Positions 40,932 to 55,800 of a stretch of DNA of 64,000 nt are shown piece by piece. The first letter of the stretch is position 1; each line of letters begins with the position of its first letter. Made by a program: the position numbers and the translations under genes. This stretch comes from Eledone cirrhosa (taxonomy: Eukaryota), in contig OZ024740.1 in NCBI GenBank assembly GCA_964016885.1, positions 301,878,001 to 301,942,000 of the forward strand. Direction: 5' to 3'. The notes beneath the pieces are model-generated. The model saw only the letters and a program-made list of their open reading frames with translations. It was not told the origin of the DNA and searched no databases.

Positions 40932-40935
<4 letters not shown>
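39663..40935 (+). mobile_element. Non-coding tandem array (about 440-bp unit, about 2.4 units) with 5' inverted partial unit and HHRs
   Basis: GTGGTTGCCT at 39866, 40304 and 40745. 39663-39865 is inverted unit sequence. HHRs at 40231-40273 and 40672-40714. Confidence 0.85.
40231..40273 (+). ncRNA. Hammerhead ribozyme (second copy 40672-40714 has G12A)
   Basis: ACGAcG-CTGACGA-tAGCT-aata-AGCTt-GAAAC-aa-GTA-CATCGT. Copy 2 has a perfect stem I (ACGATG/CATCGT) and an ACTAGT palindrome. Confidence 0.8.
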
Positions 40936-40979
<44 letters not shown>

Positions 40980-40982
<3 letters not shown>

Positions 40983-41750
40983 GGTGTGGACAGATAAAGG
41001 ACAGATTTATGGTTTTAAAAAACGCTTAATAATATAATAACTAAAAAAAAACTTTATTCTTATACAAATAACATAAACATAAAGCTAAATTATCAATTTA
41101 ATAATTTCATTCAATAAAACCACCATAAGCATTAATAACTGCCTCTACACGGGGTCGAAATCGTTTGCAAGCTCGGACTAAGTGGTCCTTGTTCATATCG
41201 GACATAACTAGAATTATGGCGACTTTCAAAGAATCTTTTGTGCTACGGGAGTGTTCATTGACATTTTTCTCAACGATGCTCCATACATAGTAGTCCAGTG
41301 GATTACGATCTAGAGAATTAGGAGGCCTAATGTTGGGGTTGATGCGATCATGCAAATTGTCAGCCATCCATTCTTGTGTCATTTGAGCCTTGTGTGATGG
41401 TGCAGAATCTTGTTGAAAGACATAAGGCCATCCATTGCATATACTGTTGATCCAAGGCTTAAAAACCTTTTCCAGAACCACAATATACGCAGCAGCATTC
41501 ACCCTATGGCCTTGTGGAAAAAAGTGAGGAGGCATCACATGTCCTTCATTGCTAACACCACCCAAAACCATGACATTTGGAGGACATTTTGTATGCATTA
41601 CTCTTGGAACCTCAGAAGGGTCTGCACATAGCCACCTGTCATTTCTTCTGTTAGTTTTGTGGTCCTGGTCAATTCTTTTTCTCATCTGAGAAAAACCAAA
41701 TCACACCATCTTCTGATGGATTATAACTTTGTTTAAAAATCTTTTAGTTT
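40980..41750 (-). mobile_element. Tc1/mariner DD37D (maT-type) transposon remnant
   Basis: WFFSDEK (frameshifted), VMVLGGVS, FQQDSAPSH and PPNSLDRNPLDY motifs; 37 residues counted between D2 and D3. One terminus TA|CAGGGTG at 40980; the other end was not found. Confidence 0.9.
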
Positions 41751-42304
41751 CATTCAATATGACATCACGTCTGCTTATTTAGCCTTGTTGAAAAGGGGGT
41801 TTTGTTTAGGCAAATTACAAAATAGATGCATACTTCGATAACAAGATACTAATCGTAATATAACCCTATCGGGAAAGGAATGCTTTAGTTGGTTATGGAA
41901 CAATCTTTTCCAGAATCACCTTACACAAGGAACTTTTTCCGAGGCATACATTTACCTATTCTACAGAATTAAAAAAAAAGATGCAATTTAGAATGTGAGT
42001 TTTACAAAAATTAACTCACAAAACAACATATGAGAGGGAAATTATAACATTGACCATCGATGGTGTTTTTAGCTGAATTACATTGTATTGATAATTACAC
42101 GATTTACTATCTACTTCATTAGAGAAATATTGAATTTAGTAAAGCAACATATCTCAGTGTTATTGTGACTATTAAAGAAATGCTCTGGCTCTGAACCCTT
42201 GAATATCAACTATATAACACTAGGGCTTCCCGTCGACATGGAGTTCTTCGATCAATGCTCGTTGTGGCATATTATTACATAGACTGTGGGTTGGCTCTAT
42301 CGAT

Positions 42305-42472
42305 AGAGGGTCGTTCACCATAATTTGCAGCATAGAGATACGCCCCTTTACGGTCTGAGTTCAAATCCCGCCGAGGTTAACTTTGCCTTTCATCCTTGCT
42401 GGTTCGATAAAATAAAACACCAGTAATGAACTGGGATAATTTCTGACCTGGTGACAAAGGTAGAAACAATTA
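42305..42472 (+). mobile_element. tRNA-derived SINE
   Basis: GAGTTCAAATCCCGCCGAGGTTAACTTTGCCTTTCATCC core. Confidence 0.85.
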
Positions 42473-44019
42473 TAACTTAGACTTATGTACACATAGTCTA
42501 CTCTCAAAATAGGGACAACATCACATTGATACGATAAGGCTGTCTTTTTGAATAATGGTTAAAGCTAACCTAGCCGGATTAGACTCTTTTCAAGTTTTCA
42601 TTTTCTCTCACAATTATTGTGCAAATCGGAAGAAGCTCTAGGAATTATTTGTCAAATTAACATCTCATGATGAATGAACCTGGATATTTCATAGTTACGA
42701 TGTAATATCTCCTTTACGATGAAGCACATGGTTATATAATTTGAAAACCTCTAGTCTATCAGGCATGTGAGAAAAAGAGCCCTCTGCCGTTTGCGTGCAA
42801 ATTGATTAAGCCCCATCACACTTAATAGCAGCTGCACTTTTAGATTCCTTTGGGCTGATCACATAGTAATAGATACACTTAATGACTTCTGAGACATAGT
42901 TGTATTAATGTATCGAAGATTCATTACGAAATAATAATTACGTTTGTTCCGAAATTTGTAAAATCGGTGATTAAACGTGAAGTGCATGTGTTTTTAGTGC
43001 AATGGTGTTACAATACAATTCAAAATATTTCCAGTGAACAACAACAGACTTGTCCCTTCAGCTGCCCTTACACCATGAATTGTTATCTGAAAAGCTAGCT
43101 ACATTGTCCCCGATATAATGGACAGGTATGTTGTAACTGCTAGCAACAAATGTAAGACATAATTTCACATAAAAATTCATCGGCAAGATTGCTGAAGTCA
43201 ATATCGTATGATAATAAGATTCATGATCCTTGCTGTCATTGCATTATTTAGAAGGATAATATCGTTTATACTAACATGCTGTTATGAAGACTCTATTTAG
43301 AGTAAGGTCGAATAACACCCACAGAAAATCAAAATCATAAATTGTCCGAACGACCATGTTTCTTAACAATCACTAATAGCTCCAAAACTTTTAATGCATC
43401 TATTCCTATGCTTATAATTTTCTTTACATCAATCCATTCATAAAATGTTTAACGGTTTAATTCATCTCCCTACATATATTTTTTTCGGTTATGCCATTAT
43501 TATTGGCTATAAATCCATCAGCGTTAATTCCACATTGATTTTATTCTCATGTGTGTGTCTGACAGCGTTTTTGTGCTTTATGTTGACTTTAATTCGATTA
43601 CCATTTTAAACCAGCTTCAAACACATTTTATCTTTACCATAATTCGACATTGAAAAAAAGAGCTACATAAATCTATAATTGTCGATTATTTCAAAATGTG
43701 TAGGTTTGGGAGGGAGGCAACTGGAGTCTATGTGTATGTTTGTGTGTGTGACAGTGAATGTGCACATATACGTGTGGGTGTATGTAGGTTTGTATGTGGG
43801 TTTATATGACTATAAGGAATGTAACCATAAGTAACAAGTACTTCAACATAAAATATGTTACGTTTAGGTATTTCTTTGTTACGGATAGTTACTCACGCAT
43901 AACGTTCTCACACATTGTTCAACAGACAAACACACGCACTGTCATAGACAAATAGTCACACCAGTTATATAAACCATATCAATTGTTCTCTATATACTTT
44001 GTACATCTCAAATGCCATG

Positions 44020-44600
44020 AGCTCCAAGGTCACCTTCAACCCACCGAATGACTTCCAGAACAAGAACACATAGCTACCAGACATTGAGTTGAAGGATTGA
44101 TTAAAAAACCACAAAAAAACCGAGACTTGTACCTATTTGTCAGGTTTCACAAGGAAGCTTCATCTCAAAGGTCAAGGTTATCTCGGATATTACATACTGA
44201 GTTGATTAACCTATACCACACCGGTTGCCACATCAAAGAAACTGGCTCGACACGTGGTTTCATAAGCTGCAACAACCAATGATATCCTTCAACTGAAAAC
44301 TGTCGTAACGTTTTGCTGCCAACAAAGAAACTCCATGTTACTCAAATTCACACCATTAGCAATAGTCATACCACAAAGACCGATTCTATTCCACCTGTCT
44401 CATGCTTATGTGGAACGAAGATAGCTCGTACCTTAGAATAATAACATACTGGATGACAACACAAATACTATGCCTATCAAATAGTCACCTCATACTTCAA
44501 TTTAACATTCAGACCAACATCGATAACAGTTGCACAGAGAAGAAACCCTGACAAACTCAATGACATCACAAGGGCACCGATGATTATACATTAGGATTTT
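44020..44600 (+). mobile_element. Possible very degenerate PLE fragment
   Basis: RDLYLFVRFH resembles RDLFVHFRSA in the 31380 region; heavily disrupted. Confidence 0.3.
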
Positions 44601-47600
44601 GATAAATTGCTTCAAAGATATTGGAAACGTTCGTGACACCCATCCATTCAGCGGCCACTATCTTATCAGAACCAGCCGTGACCTGAACCAAACCATGGAG
44701 TCCATTAACAGAACAGCATGATGCTGTGTGCCATTCTTCTTTTTGTTTAGCTTATTCTCCAAGATATTTAATAAAATAGACGTGTTTACATCTTGAAACC
44801 GCTGGCAATATGGAGTTAACTCTTGATATAAGTACTAAATAAAATCAAAATATCATTTCAGATGTGAATTGATTTATTTGACGTTTATTTGTTTTCTACT
44901 AAACTTTGAACAGATCCTTGCAATAAAATATGATTACTGTTATATAAATCATCCAACTAATTTCTAAATTTTTTTCTCTAGTACACCATGATTATTCAGC
45001 TTATGGAGTGAGGAAATTAGTACAACGACAGGAGATGTTATTCAATCCGATGAACACGTAAACAGTTACAACAATGACAACGACAACAAAATAAACAATT
45101 ATATGTAAAATAAAGTCGCCATTAAGACCATCACTACGAAAGGTAATATTCGTGGAATAAGAACATAAACTTCAGAATGATAAAGCATGAAGACAAAATG
45201 TAATGGCTTCGACTCAAGAAAGTTTTAAGTTAATGCTTAGCTAATAAAAATGAATGATTATATAAACAGATGCCATGTGAAATAAATAAATAAATTCATA
45301 AAGAAATGTGTATTGCATCATGTGATACTATTAATCGATTTTTACTGATTGTCTGTTTTCGGGATAAATTATGAGTTGTCTTCCAGTAGACTTTTAACAA
45401 TAATTAGCCAAATGAAGGCATGCGCATGGCGCCACATCATTGAATAATTAATGGTCACAATTCACAATATTATCAAAGTTAACAATACGTTGGTGGTTTT
45501 ACTATAGAATTGCTATGAAACAACAATACTATGATATTTTCATTGCATTATAATATATATAAATAACAATATCCTAAACGCTAAATGTTTTAATTTGAAA
45601 TATTTCAACATAATGTCAAAACCAAGTCCACGACGTGCGTTTAAATGGTTATAATTCTTCGTTAAATGTTATAGATTGTGTTTGGGGATGGAACGGCATG
45701 GGTTACAATTGTTATTTTGTTGTTAAATGAATGTCATGAATCCAAAACTCAAGAGGTTTCAGAGATTCCCTCTGAAATTATTTTCACACATAATATATTT
45801 TTTTTATTTCTTTCAAATAAATAGTAGTTAGCTAATTACTTTGCGTCTAAAAAACAACACCTATATCATGTTGATGAATAACCCAAAATAATATGGCAAA
45901 TGCTATTTTAGATATTTTGCCACTATACTTTGTAACATATCAATTCGCAGAAGAGAGTAAGGAAAAGCCTAGGGTAAATAAGTCATGAATTAGATACTAA
46001 TGATAAAATAATTATTAGTTAAACGTTAATTCATAATGTACCTACAGAAAGACTAGACCTGAAACTGGCTTATTAATATCAAACAAAAGTGAAGTTATGA
46101 AATCAGTATATATTTGATAATATTCTCTGGTAATTAGTTTTCAAAAGCAATCTTTAACGTCTAAGGCAGTAAGGGGAATGTAATATTCTTCGTTTGTGCC
46201 GACAGGATCTAAGAGGAATAATCTCATTCAACACACCTCCTTCAAATCCTTTGGTTAGAGCATCCACAGTCCTCTCAGCTTGCCCTTCATATACTTTGGT
46301 TAGAGTGTCTGCGCTTTTTTCTGTCGGAACAGTGCAACATTTGTATGACGATTTGTGTGTTTCATTGTTCAGGAAACATTGTGCTGTTTTATCAGACAAA
46401 ACTAATTTTATACGTATTCACATAAAATGTCACATTAATTTATGAAATTTATCTTTACAGGCTGTGTCCCTAAGCTATTTAGGAGCATCGTAGCCTACAA
46501 CAGATAACATACTTATATGAATATATACATGCTTTAAATTTTATATATTATGATTATTATTATGTTATTATATAAAACGAAACTGAAACATGGACTTTCC
46601 ATTAATTCTATACCATAAATGATTAAACGTGTTAAACGATAATGTTGTAAGTCAGAAGATATACTTTCTTTTAACCATATATTTTCAATATGAAAGGCGA
46701 TTAAATGATAGAAATATTACATAATATTTTATTTAGTGGTGTTGGCCTTGGTTAGAGGTGAAATCTTTGCAAGGCTGATACAAAGAGCAGACTCTTATAA
46801 TAGCATCATTTTAATCGGTTATAATATAATCCCTCCCTAGAGTTTAAAATCATTTTGTCAGTGTCAGAAATCAGCATTTTCTCATGTCTATGATTAATTT
46901 ATGAGGTATGCAATACGGTAATCTTCAGATACACCTCGAACATTCAATGTTATAGATATTCTATGATGTTCCTTGTAACGTTTCCTTAGATACCACTTAA
47001 TATATATTTATAGGAAAACATTCCATCTAAATATCACAGATTTATAACTCACAGGTATTAACGTTGGAATATATTCAGCTATTCCTGATTACCAAGTAAT
47101 CAATGAAAGAGGGTGAATTTATTGATGGAAATATTGAAAACAGTGCAAACGCTTGTTATTCTGTGGAAAGGTAACTCAATAGTAAGATTGATTTTGTTCG
47201 ACTTACCCAAATTGCATCTGTTTCCCTCTCACGGCATAAACGCTATGCTCAGTTTGAACATTTATGTCATGGAAAAACAAAACAGCTTTACTTGGATTCT
47301 ACTATTGTACTATCCATTGGCAACACTGCTATAACGGCCACTTTCTTTTACTTAACCTTTTTCAGAATCAATAAATTATCGTTTATTATTGACACACTTA
47401 TAAAACATTCATTGTTGTATACGCTCTAGACCAACTTTATATTGAAATAGAAATTAAATAATATAAACATAACCAGATATTGGTACAAGTAAATTTGCAA
47501 AATAATTCCTGAAACATCGTTCATATCACATATGACATAATATTAGTTTAAGGCCTTATATCCCAACTTCACATTATATTCAACGAGAATCGTCGGTCTC

Positions 47601-49460
47601 CGAATGGATTAACATTCAGCTGGGGACCTTGAAAGGAATTAATTAGCATTAGCTATTCAGCTTGCCTTTTCATTTCCTCATGGCAACGGTAAGCTTAATT
47701 AACTAACCATTTCTGAAGACGGAGGATAGCAGATTTTCCTTTTTTCAATTATTAATTGCCTTTTGGTTTGCTTTTATTTTGTGAGCTTCGATCTCATCCA
47801 CCTCAATTAATTTTGTTTATTTATTAACTCTTCGATTTTTTATTCATTAAACATACCTCGTAAATACTGTGATCTATATATCCTCCCTCAAACTTTCATA
47901 CAATGTTCATTCCATGGCACCATTGTGAAAATGTCCTTAGGTATATATTTTAACCATTAGAAAAAGTTATCTATATCACGGTCCAAAGCATTAGTAGGAG
48001 CAGGCCAAAACATTATTAATTTTCCTGAAAAGTTATTTTTATAATCACCGATCATTCCGACAGTTATGTGTCAGGGTGCATCGAATGTTCCCAGTTTATA
48101 GCGCACATTTCATAATTCTTCCCATGCAAACATTAACGTTATTTTCATACTTACGTACACTGTCTCTTGAAACAGTAAAACTAAGACTAAGTTCCTGATA
48201 TATTTGCTTTAAATTACCATATGGCACACACAATTCATTGATAACTGAATAATCATAATTCCATAGGCTTCCTCCAGTTAAGGGAATCTTGCTTCTTTAA
48301 GGCAAAGTCCATGTCTTTTCATCCCCAGTTTCCTTAAAACTCAATCCGATTCCAACATCAAGTTTAATATTAATAGTGGTTCATACTCGTGCCCAACTGC
48401 TATATTGGTCGATATGTTGACATATTGTAACATAACTAATTCGTTACCCTTGCCTAACGTTATGGAAGGACATTATGAAATGAATATTACCAATCTGAGA
48501 TGTTATAGTTACGTTTACCTGGTCGGTATGTATGGCTATCTACAAATAGTAAATATAGGCTTTATAATTCTCAATTCATCATTCATCAAATAAAAACTAT
48601 ATGTCGTTCCCTTAATGCTGCTGGTAAAATCCTTTCACTTTCTAACTTGGTACCATCAATATATTACATAATTAATAACTATGGAAGTCATAACATTTCG
48701 ATATGTTAAATACAAGTGAATTGTAACTGTGGCTTTATATTGCGAGGATTCTGTTCTATGAGCAGCGGAATCAGCACCCAAACGGAACACTAAACGTTGG
48801 TCTTTCAGTGGAGTGAGGATTTTACAAGAAAAACGTGCATTCTTTAAAATGGGATATATTGTAATTGATATTGTTTGTTTATAACATTAAGGATATTGAC
48901 ACCCACCACTATATATCTAGACTAGGGATACATATCTCATTCAATTATTAATTATTAATCTTTATTTCTATAATTGTACGATTGGTTAGAGATACTCAGC
49001 ATGATAATCATTGCTTCATCGCATTTCTGACAGTGTGATCAAACTGGTTTGTCTCTAAGTTAGGGAAAATACATTTCTGGTGAATCCATTCGAGTATACC
49101 GGATGTTTGGCGATTTTCAGAACGTTTTGTACGGAGTAGGCATTCTAATCAGCAGAAGCTGTAATAGATAAGTTAATCTCAGTTCGGTATTATCGTCTCC
49201 CGGCTCTTCCCCTACATCTCCTTTTGTCATCACGAATCAGGAGACAAATTGCACCTACACACACACATATATATATATTTACATATCCATATATATATAT
49301 ATACATATATAATAGGAGTTGACGGACCCAACATATTTATCAATGCCAGGACCGGTTGTATCTCAGCGTACTCAATAGGTAATGTAGGATACATTCCCAG
49401 AGTATACACATAGTTATTCGCTGTAATACAACGCACGTGAAACGGGTGCCTATAATGGTT

Positions 49461-49565
49461 CCCGGACTCGAGTTTCGGCCACACTTAATGCAGTAGTAGG
49501 GGGCACTGCACCCTCTGTCTGCATATATGACGCAACAATGCATAATCGGCGGCTTCATCAGCAGG
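49461..49565 (-). ncRNA. Hammerhead ribozyme with large branched stem II insertion
   Basis: CCTG-CTGATGA-aGCCGC...GTGGCc-GAAAC-TCGA-GTC-CGGG. The core is canonical, with an ACTCGAGT palindrome and GUC triplet. Confidence 0.75.
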
Positions 49566-49643
49566 TATCGCCTAATCAATAAACAATCGATCGACAGCCC
49601 ATGCCGGCTATGACTGTTTGTGTGTGACGGCCGACACAGTAAA

Positions 49644-49710
<67 letters not shown>

Positions 49711-49899
49711 GTGTGTGTGTGTGTGTATATATCTGTATATATATATATATATGTGTGTGTGTATGTGTGTGAGACATATATGTGTATATATTTATATTAC
49801 ACACACATATATATATATATACAGAGATAGAGAGAGGAAAGAGAGATATAAAGAGACAGTTATTTTAATATTGCACATTGACTAGTTGAGAATGCGCTA

Positions 49900-50830
49900 T
49901 ACAGTACAGATAGGAACAAGTGATGACACTCCATTCTTAAAATGTTCTCATGACAATTGTAATTTCAAGGGCGTAGTTTCGATGCGCGTAACGTTTTCTC
50001 ATTTGAAGCTTTCGACAAAGGCACTACGTTGCTCTGCTGAGGATGTTGTAGAGGCATCACTAGAGTGGTACTGAAGCAGATACAGATAGTGTTGGTATCT
50101 GACCCACAAGTCAAGACTGTAGTTATATATATGCATCTTCAATTGAGAAAAAAAGGTACTCTCATTCCAGATTTATGGGCTGGAGTCGAACAACTGCCCT
50201 ATTCGTGCGGATTACAGTCCGGACAGACCAGCTTCACTTGGGAAGTGGAATGTTATACATTTGAAGGATTGTCACGGTGTCGTCACTCAAGTTAGCATCA
50301 TTAGCGTTGAGTAGCTACGGAATAACTTGCTATAATATCTAGATGTGTGACTGCAACTGCCATATTGATGTAGTAACATATATAGAAGCCAACCCGTTAT
50401 TGGTGGGTTTATTTTTCATTGAAAATGTACGTGCGTTTTGAGAACCATTTGCATTCTGGAAGGGATTTTAGACGTAAATGATAGGAATGGCATGGATCCG
50501 GTAAGTTTGTGGGTGGCGTTTCTAAGCGTTTCATTATTTAATGTACACTTTCCTTATTTACAGTATCAAAAACTTGGAAAGGTCTGCAAATGACACGTAA
50601 AATACATTTGTCTCAGAGATAGCTGCGAATAAACAGGCTATAGGTGTTTCTGCTAGCTTTGAATCAACATTAGCTACATGGACAGTTTTCTTCTACTAAG
50701 ATGTATACCAATTTGTTTGGGAATACGCTTGCAAATACTTCTTCCTGGATGTCAGTGTTATCTTCCAATAGTATTGGTAATCATTCTTATACTGTTTGCT
50801 CTGTTATAGGGTCATAATAAACGTATCTTG
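49900..50830 (-). pseudogene. Degenerate RTE-type LINE RT fragment
   Basis: Reverse translation gives VFASVFPNKL..LVEENCPCS*C*FKASRNT and FADLSKFFDTVN-like remnants, matching the fArvllnRL..pEsQcGFr and DlsKAFDtV motifs. Confidence 0.55.
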
Positions 50831-52944
50831 ACAAATCAACACTACACATTTGCACACATATTAACAAAATCCTAATCAAATATAATACAAATTCACAGAA
50901 CACTCATACACATACACACCCACCCACACCGAAAAATATATATATATGTGTGTGTGTATGTGTGTGTTTGTGTGCTTGTGTGTACGTGTGTATGCGCGTG
51001 TGTGTATGCGCGTGTGTGTACGCGCGTGTGAGTGTGTAGAAACATGGCATTCGTTTTTTCTACATACGAGTAGAAATATTACAATATCTCACATGAATTT
51101 AGTGAGAAAGTACTACTACTGCGTAATTAAAATTATGTTTATTTTAACATTAAATGGTGGCTTGTTTCCTTCACTTTCATCCGTCTTTAAATTATTTTAT
51201 GCTGAAGGCGTTTAGATTTGTATACAATCTGACACATGATGAAATTATGTATAGCGAATCTCGAATTAGAAAATGATTGCAGTGTTTGTGCAAGAACTGT
51301 TACACATGGTTTTGAACAATATTGCTAAACGCACGGAACAGTACATTGATTCTGACATCGATGTTACAAGACCTTCCGGCTAGAATAGCGTAAAACATTT
51401 AATACCGTTTGCTTTAAGTTGTAGTTTCATCCTGAATATAAGAACCATGTAAATCTGTAGGAAACCACCGATATTAACTAATATCTTCTCATTGTGTAAA
51501 ACATCTAATATATTTAGCGTCCCTTTTAAAAATATTTCTTTTCCAGTTATTTCCACCTACTGCATTTACATTGCAGAAACAGTAATTTCTTAATATTTCT
51601 ATATGATATTGCCTATTAAATAACTCATCTGATTATTGCCCTAATGGATTTTCGGTTAAGCTTTAGAGATAAGCCATTTATCTAAATGCAAGTTTTTTTT
51701 TCATATATCTTTAGGCCTTTCCTAATGATTTTTATGATTATGTCTCTGTTATCTGTATGTGTGTAGTAATATCTGTCTGCGTTAGAGTGTGTACGAGTGT
51801 ATTTCATTTAAGCAACATGGCGGCCAACGAAATTATACAGCCGAAAGAATAGAATAATACAAAAGAAATATATCCGAAAGAAAATCGATGATATAATTGA
51901 ATCTTAGCAAAATATTTTTTCTACTTCATAGAAAGTAATTAATTATCCCCCGCTATTTCTTACAATACAGTCAACATTAAACAATATTTTGCCTTGCTTA
52001 ATAATTAATCAAAGAGGCGTAAATCTGTTTCGCGTCAATTAGTTCAATCAATCCTTTATATCAGGAAATAGTATTGGTTTTGATTCGTTTAAGTTCGTTC
52101 ACTCCATAGAACTATCTTTCTATCTACTCTTTATCGGTGTAGCAATGTAATGATGATGCATATTATAACAAGCTGGAACATTAAAATCGTCCTCTTTATG
52201 TTGAGAATCTCATACCCGAGAGATACCATCCACACTGTAATTTCGCAATCTATTTATAAAATTAAAGAGTCGTATAGCATTACTGTCCGTGGTTTACGGA
52301 GGAAATATTTGTATCCGTAAAATTACTGATTAATGTTAGCTGAACAAGGTGAATTCGGCTGTAAAACAATTTTAGTATTGTCGAAAGAAGATGTGCTCTT
52401 TGTAGTTGCCTACACCCTTCTATTTGTTGACTGCTACTGATTCATTAACTATACATTGTCTTGCTATGTCATCATGACGAGTGTATTGATAAACTATTAA
52501 TACAGTGTTTCTATATAATTTCAATAGGGGACATTATTGAAGAAATGCGATAAGGCAATTCATGGTGTATGTATATCGATACATTCTAATCATAACATTG
52601 CACGGAAACAGGTCGAGAAAATATCAAAGTAGAAGCGTGTGGAACTGGAAGTTAGTAGGATGCGGATTATTAAATAAATAACAATACTGATAATAGTCGA
52701 AACCTTAGATAAATCCTGACACCAGCTCATCATAGAAATCTAAGTCGAAACACACAAGCTTTTCAACAATCGACGAGATGTTCAAGGCAATTTGAACCCA
52801 GGATACTTTCAATTCAATAGTATCATTTCCATCGATTATTTGTCTATGGTCCTGAATCAACTGGAGTCTTAGGGGCGCCGTATTGACATATGGCATTGTG
52901 CGACATTTTTTAGCCTATCTAATCTTATAATAATACAGCAAATT

Positions 52945-53132
52945 TCTCCCATAAAAGAATAGAAAATGGGAAAAAGGAGGTTAGGAAGGGTTACAGAGGA
53001 AGAATCAATCCCAGTTCTAGACTCGAAAATATGAAAGGCAAAGTTGAACCTCGACGGGATTTGAACTCAGAGAGCAGTGAGGCGGAACGAATAGAAGAAA
53101 GTATTCTATCCGACGTTATAATTCGCTGCCTC
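52945..53132 (-). mobile_element. tRNA-derived SINE, diverged
   Basis: ATGAAAGGCAAAGTTGAACCTCGACGGGATTTGAACTCAG core. Confidence 0.8.
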
Positions 53133-53368
53133 TTCAGCGAATACCTTCTGTAAAATTTACATGAACATGTTCAAACAATCATCACCGAAAGATAACACAT
53201 AAACACACTACATATGCAAACACTTACATACATACACAAATACATGCATTCATATATATATTAGAAAACGTCGGGGTACCACACTGAGTTTAATATAGTC
53301 ATATTAAGATCCCGTTAAGGGTGAAAGCAGCGATTCTTTGCTTACATTTTAATCTGTTATTTTAATAA

Positions 53369-53432
<64 letters not shown>

Positions 53433-55249
53433 GAAAAATAATAATCACCACTATTCATGCACTTTGATTTTCAAATACGACAATTACTGAAAATGTGCAT
53501 ATTGGATATAACTGTGAACTCTATTTGGCCAACGTAGATGTGGATGAAATTACATTAGAGCTTAAAATATCTGAATACCTAATATAGTTATATTATCAAA
53601 TCATATAATCTACCATAAGTATTTACACACACACATACACGCACAAACACTTATCTCTCTATATATATATATGTTTGTGTGTGTGTACGTGTGTTCGTGC
53701 GTGTGCATGTATGTGTGTGTATATATATGTATATATGTATTTTCGGCCGCTCTTCGGCGTCATTGGTCACATATAAACAAATACAACCCGAGTATGGTCG
53801 GTTCGGCGCCGACTTTACCAGCACCCCCAGCAAGCTTGCTTGTTGAGGAGGGTGATTTTGGACACCATGTGGGATGAAAAGCGAAACCTGTGAAAGGGCC
53901 TAGGAAATCAGGAGCGTCAATGGCCATCCAATAAACCATTTTTTGTGTTGTTTTGTTTCTGTGTTTTGGGATTTTTTCTTTTTGGAGGAAAAGATTCATT
54001 GTTTTCATTAATATATCTCTCTTGGAGAAGGTCATCCTGATATATAGCCTACAACCTTGAAGGCATCCAATATTATAGAATACTTCTATCTTTGGGGTGT
54101 ATGCATCCGATGTTCAGAGAGTGGGATTGGCTCTTTGCAAAGCCTTTCCTCACCTAAAAAAGCTACAAGCACAAGCATCGCTTGATATGTAATAGTTTTT
54201 GCGGTGACTGGCATTGCTAGCTATAGGCAAGTCCCTAGCAGGAATAAACAGCCACGTCTGTGCTGCAGATACTTAAGTATCAAGCGACGGCATTACCTTA
54301 ACTCGAGTTGCAACCATCTTGTATGTATGTAGGAATTTAAAGGAAAAAAAAATACTTTTAAGAATTCGAAGAAAATAGATTTTAGTCTAACCGTGTTCCA
54401 GTATTATTGAGAAGCAATCTATAAGCAATAATTTCAATTATTTAATTTCTTTCACTCATCAAGAATAATAAGTTTAAAGTTGATTGTTTGATCATTTTGA
54501 TAAATCAACGAGCTACCCAACAACAGATAAAATGAAAAGAAGGCAGAAGTATAAGAATCGAATAGGCCAGCGACAGGATTGATAAATAATTGAGTGCAAA
54601 ATAAGTGTATGAAGAGAAACAAATCTTAACATGAACAAATCTAGTTTCAACACCGGCTGATTGTACATGATGGGTAACATTTGTAGAAGAGTAATATAAA
54701 GGATGAGTAACGACGGAATAAATAATAATTGAGCCCAACGTCTAACAGTAAATTAAACAAAACTTGAACAGTTATCGGAGAAAAATATATTTAAAAAACT
54801 CGAAATTACATGGAGATAACTAAAACAAATGATATTGTACATATACACGATTACATGGCGTTGACTAAAAGTAAAATGATATAAAATGTTATAATATATA
54901 TACTCGAAATTACATGGCTATGACAACAAAAAATCATGTTCGATATTTAAATGGAGCACCATGTAATGAAAACGAGGGAAGTTAGTTAGACAGAAAAAGT
55001 CAAAATCAAGAAAGATTAAGCGTGGTGTGGAGAAGAAACTAGACAATCATCGGCAAAAATGTGTGAGCGAGACAAAAACAATATGACTTTGTCTTTCACT
55101 AGTGGCGAAAGTGCTTACCAGCCATTCGGTTAGCTACCTCTCGAAGACAACTTTCTCTCAGCGTTATCTGCATTATGTGGTTGAGATTATCGCGGACAGA
55201 TTTGCGGGATTTCTCATATTTTTATGTGTCCCAGTCGAGACAAGAAACA

Positions 55250-55800
55250 AATGTAACACTCATTTATAGCATATTTGACATAATATTCATCTCTGTTTTG
55301 AGCAACTCTACTTGCTTGATGTATTCAATTAAGTATGTTTGCTTAAATTCTTCTTTCCCAAATTCAGCACATGTCAACTCACATAATCTGGTATATTCCC
55401 AACCTACTATCAGTGGCGGATTAGCTGGCAGGGTATTAATGAACAAGTATTCCATGTAATAGTGAGGTTCATAATCTAGATCGTTCAATCAGGCTGATTT
55501 TGCCGATTCTCAACGAGTTCACTACTTCTGGTCAAGAAATTTGTTTATCACATTAATCAACCTCTCTGCAGTCTGGTCGAGAAACAGCTGCAATGAACTC
55601 ACTAAATACGCATAAAATTCACGATTTCTTTTCCAATGTTTCGGCAAAATGCAGCTGAAATGCCACACGTATTTGCGTGAAATCATGTTGCATGTGTCTC
55701 TTGTGATCTGCAAAAAACAAGTGCAAATGTATATCCGCTTAGCTTCTCTACCAACCACAAACATCTAACAGCATTCGCCCAAAGCTTTTGTCAGAGCTCT
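55250..55800 (-). pseudogene. Possible degenerate DNA transposase (hAT-like) fragment
   Basis: Collinear minus ORFs 55522-55764 and 55264-55488, with weak VHCSC and LPANPPLIVGW resemblance to the hvtC..H and lPP.p..tRW motifs. Unverified. Confidence 0.25.

Noticed and set aside
46154-46399. ORF with internal duplication (DTLTKVYEG / DALTKGFEG)
   Set aside because: A short local duplication with no identifiable domain or splice support.
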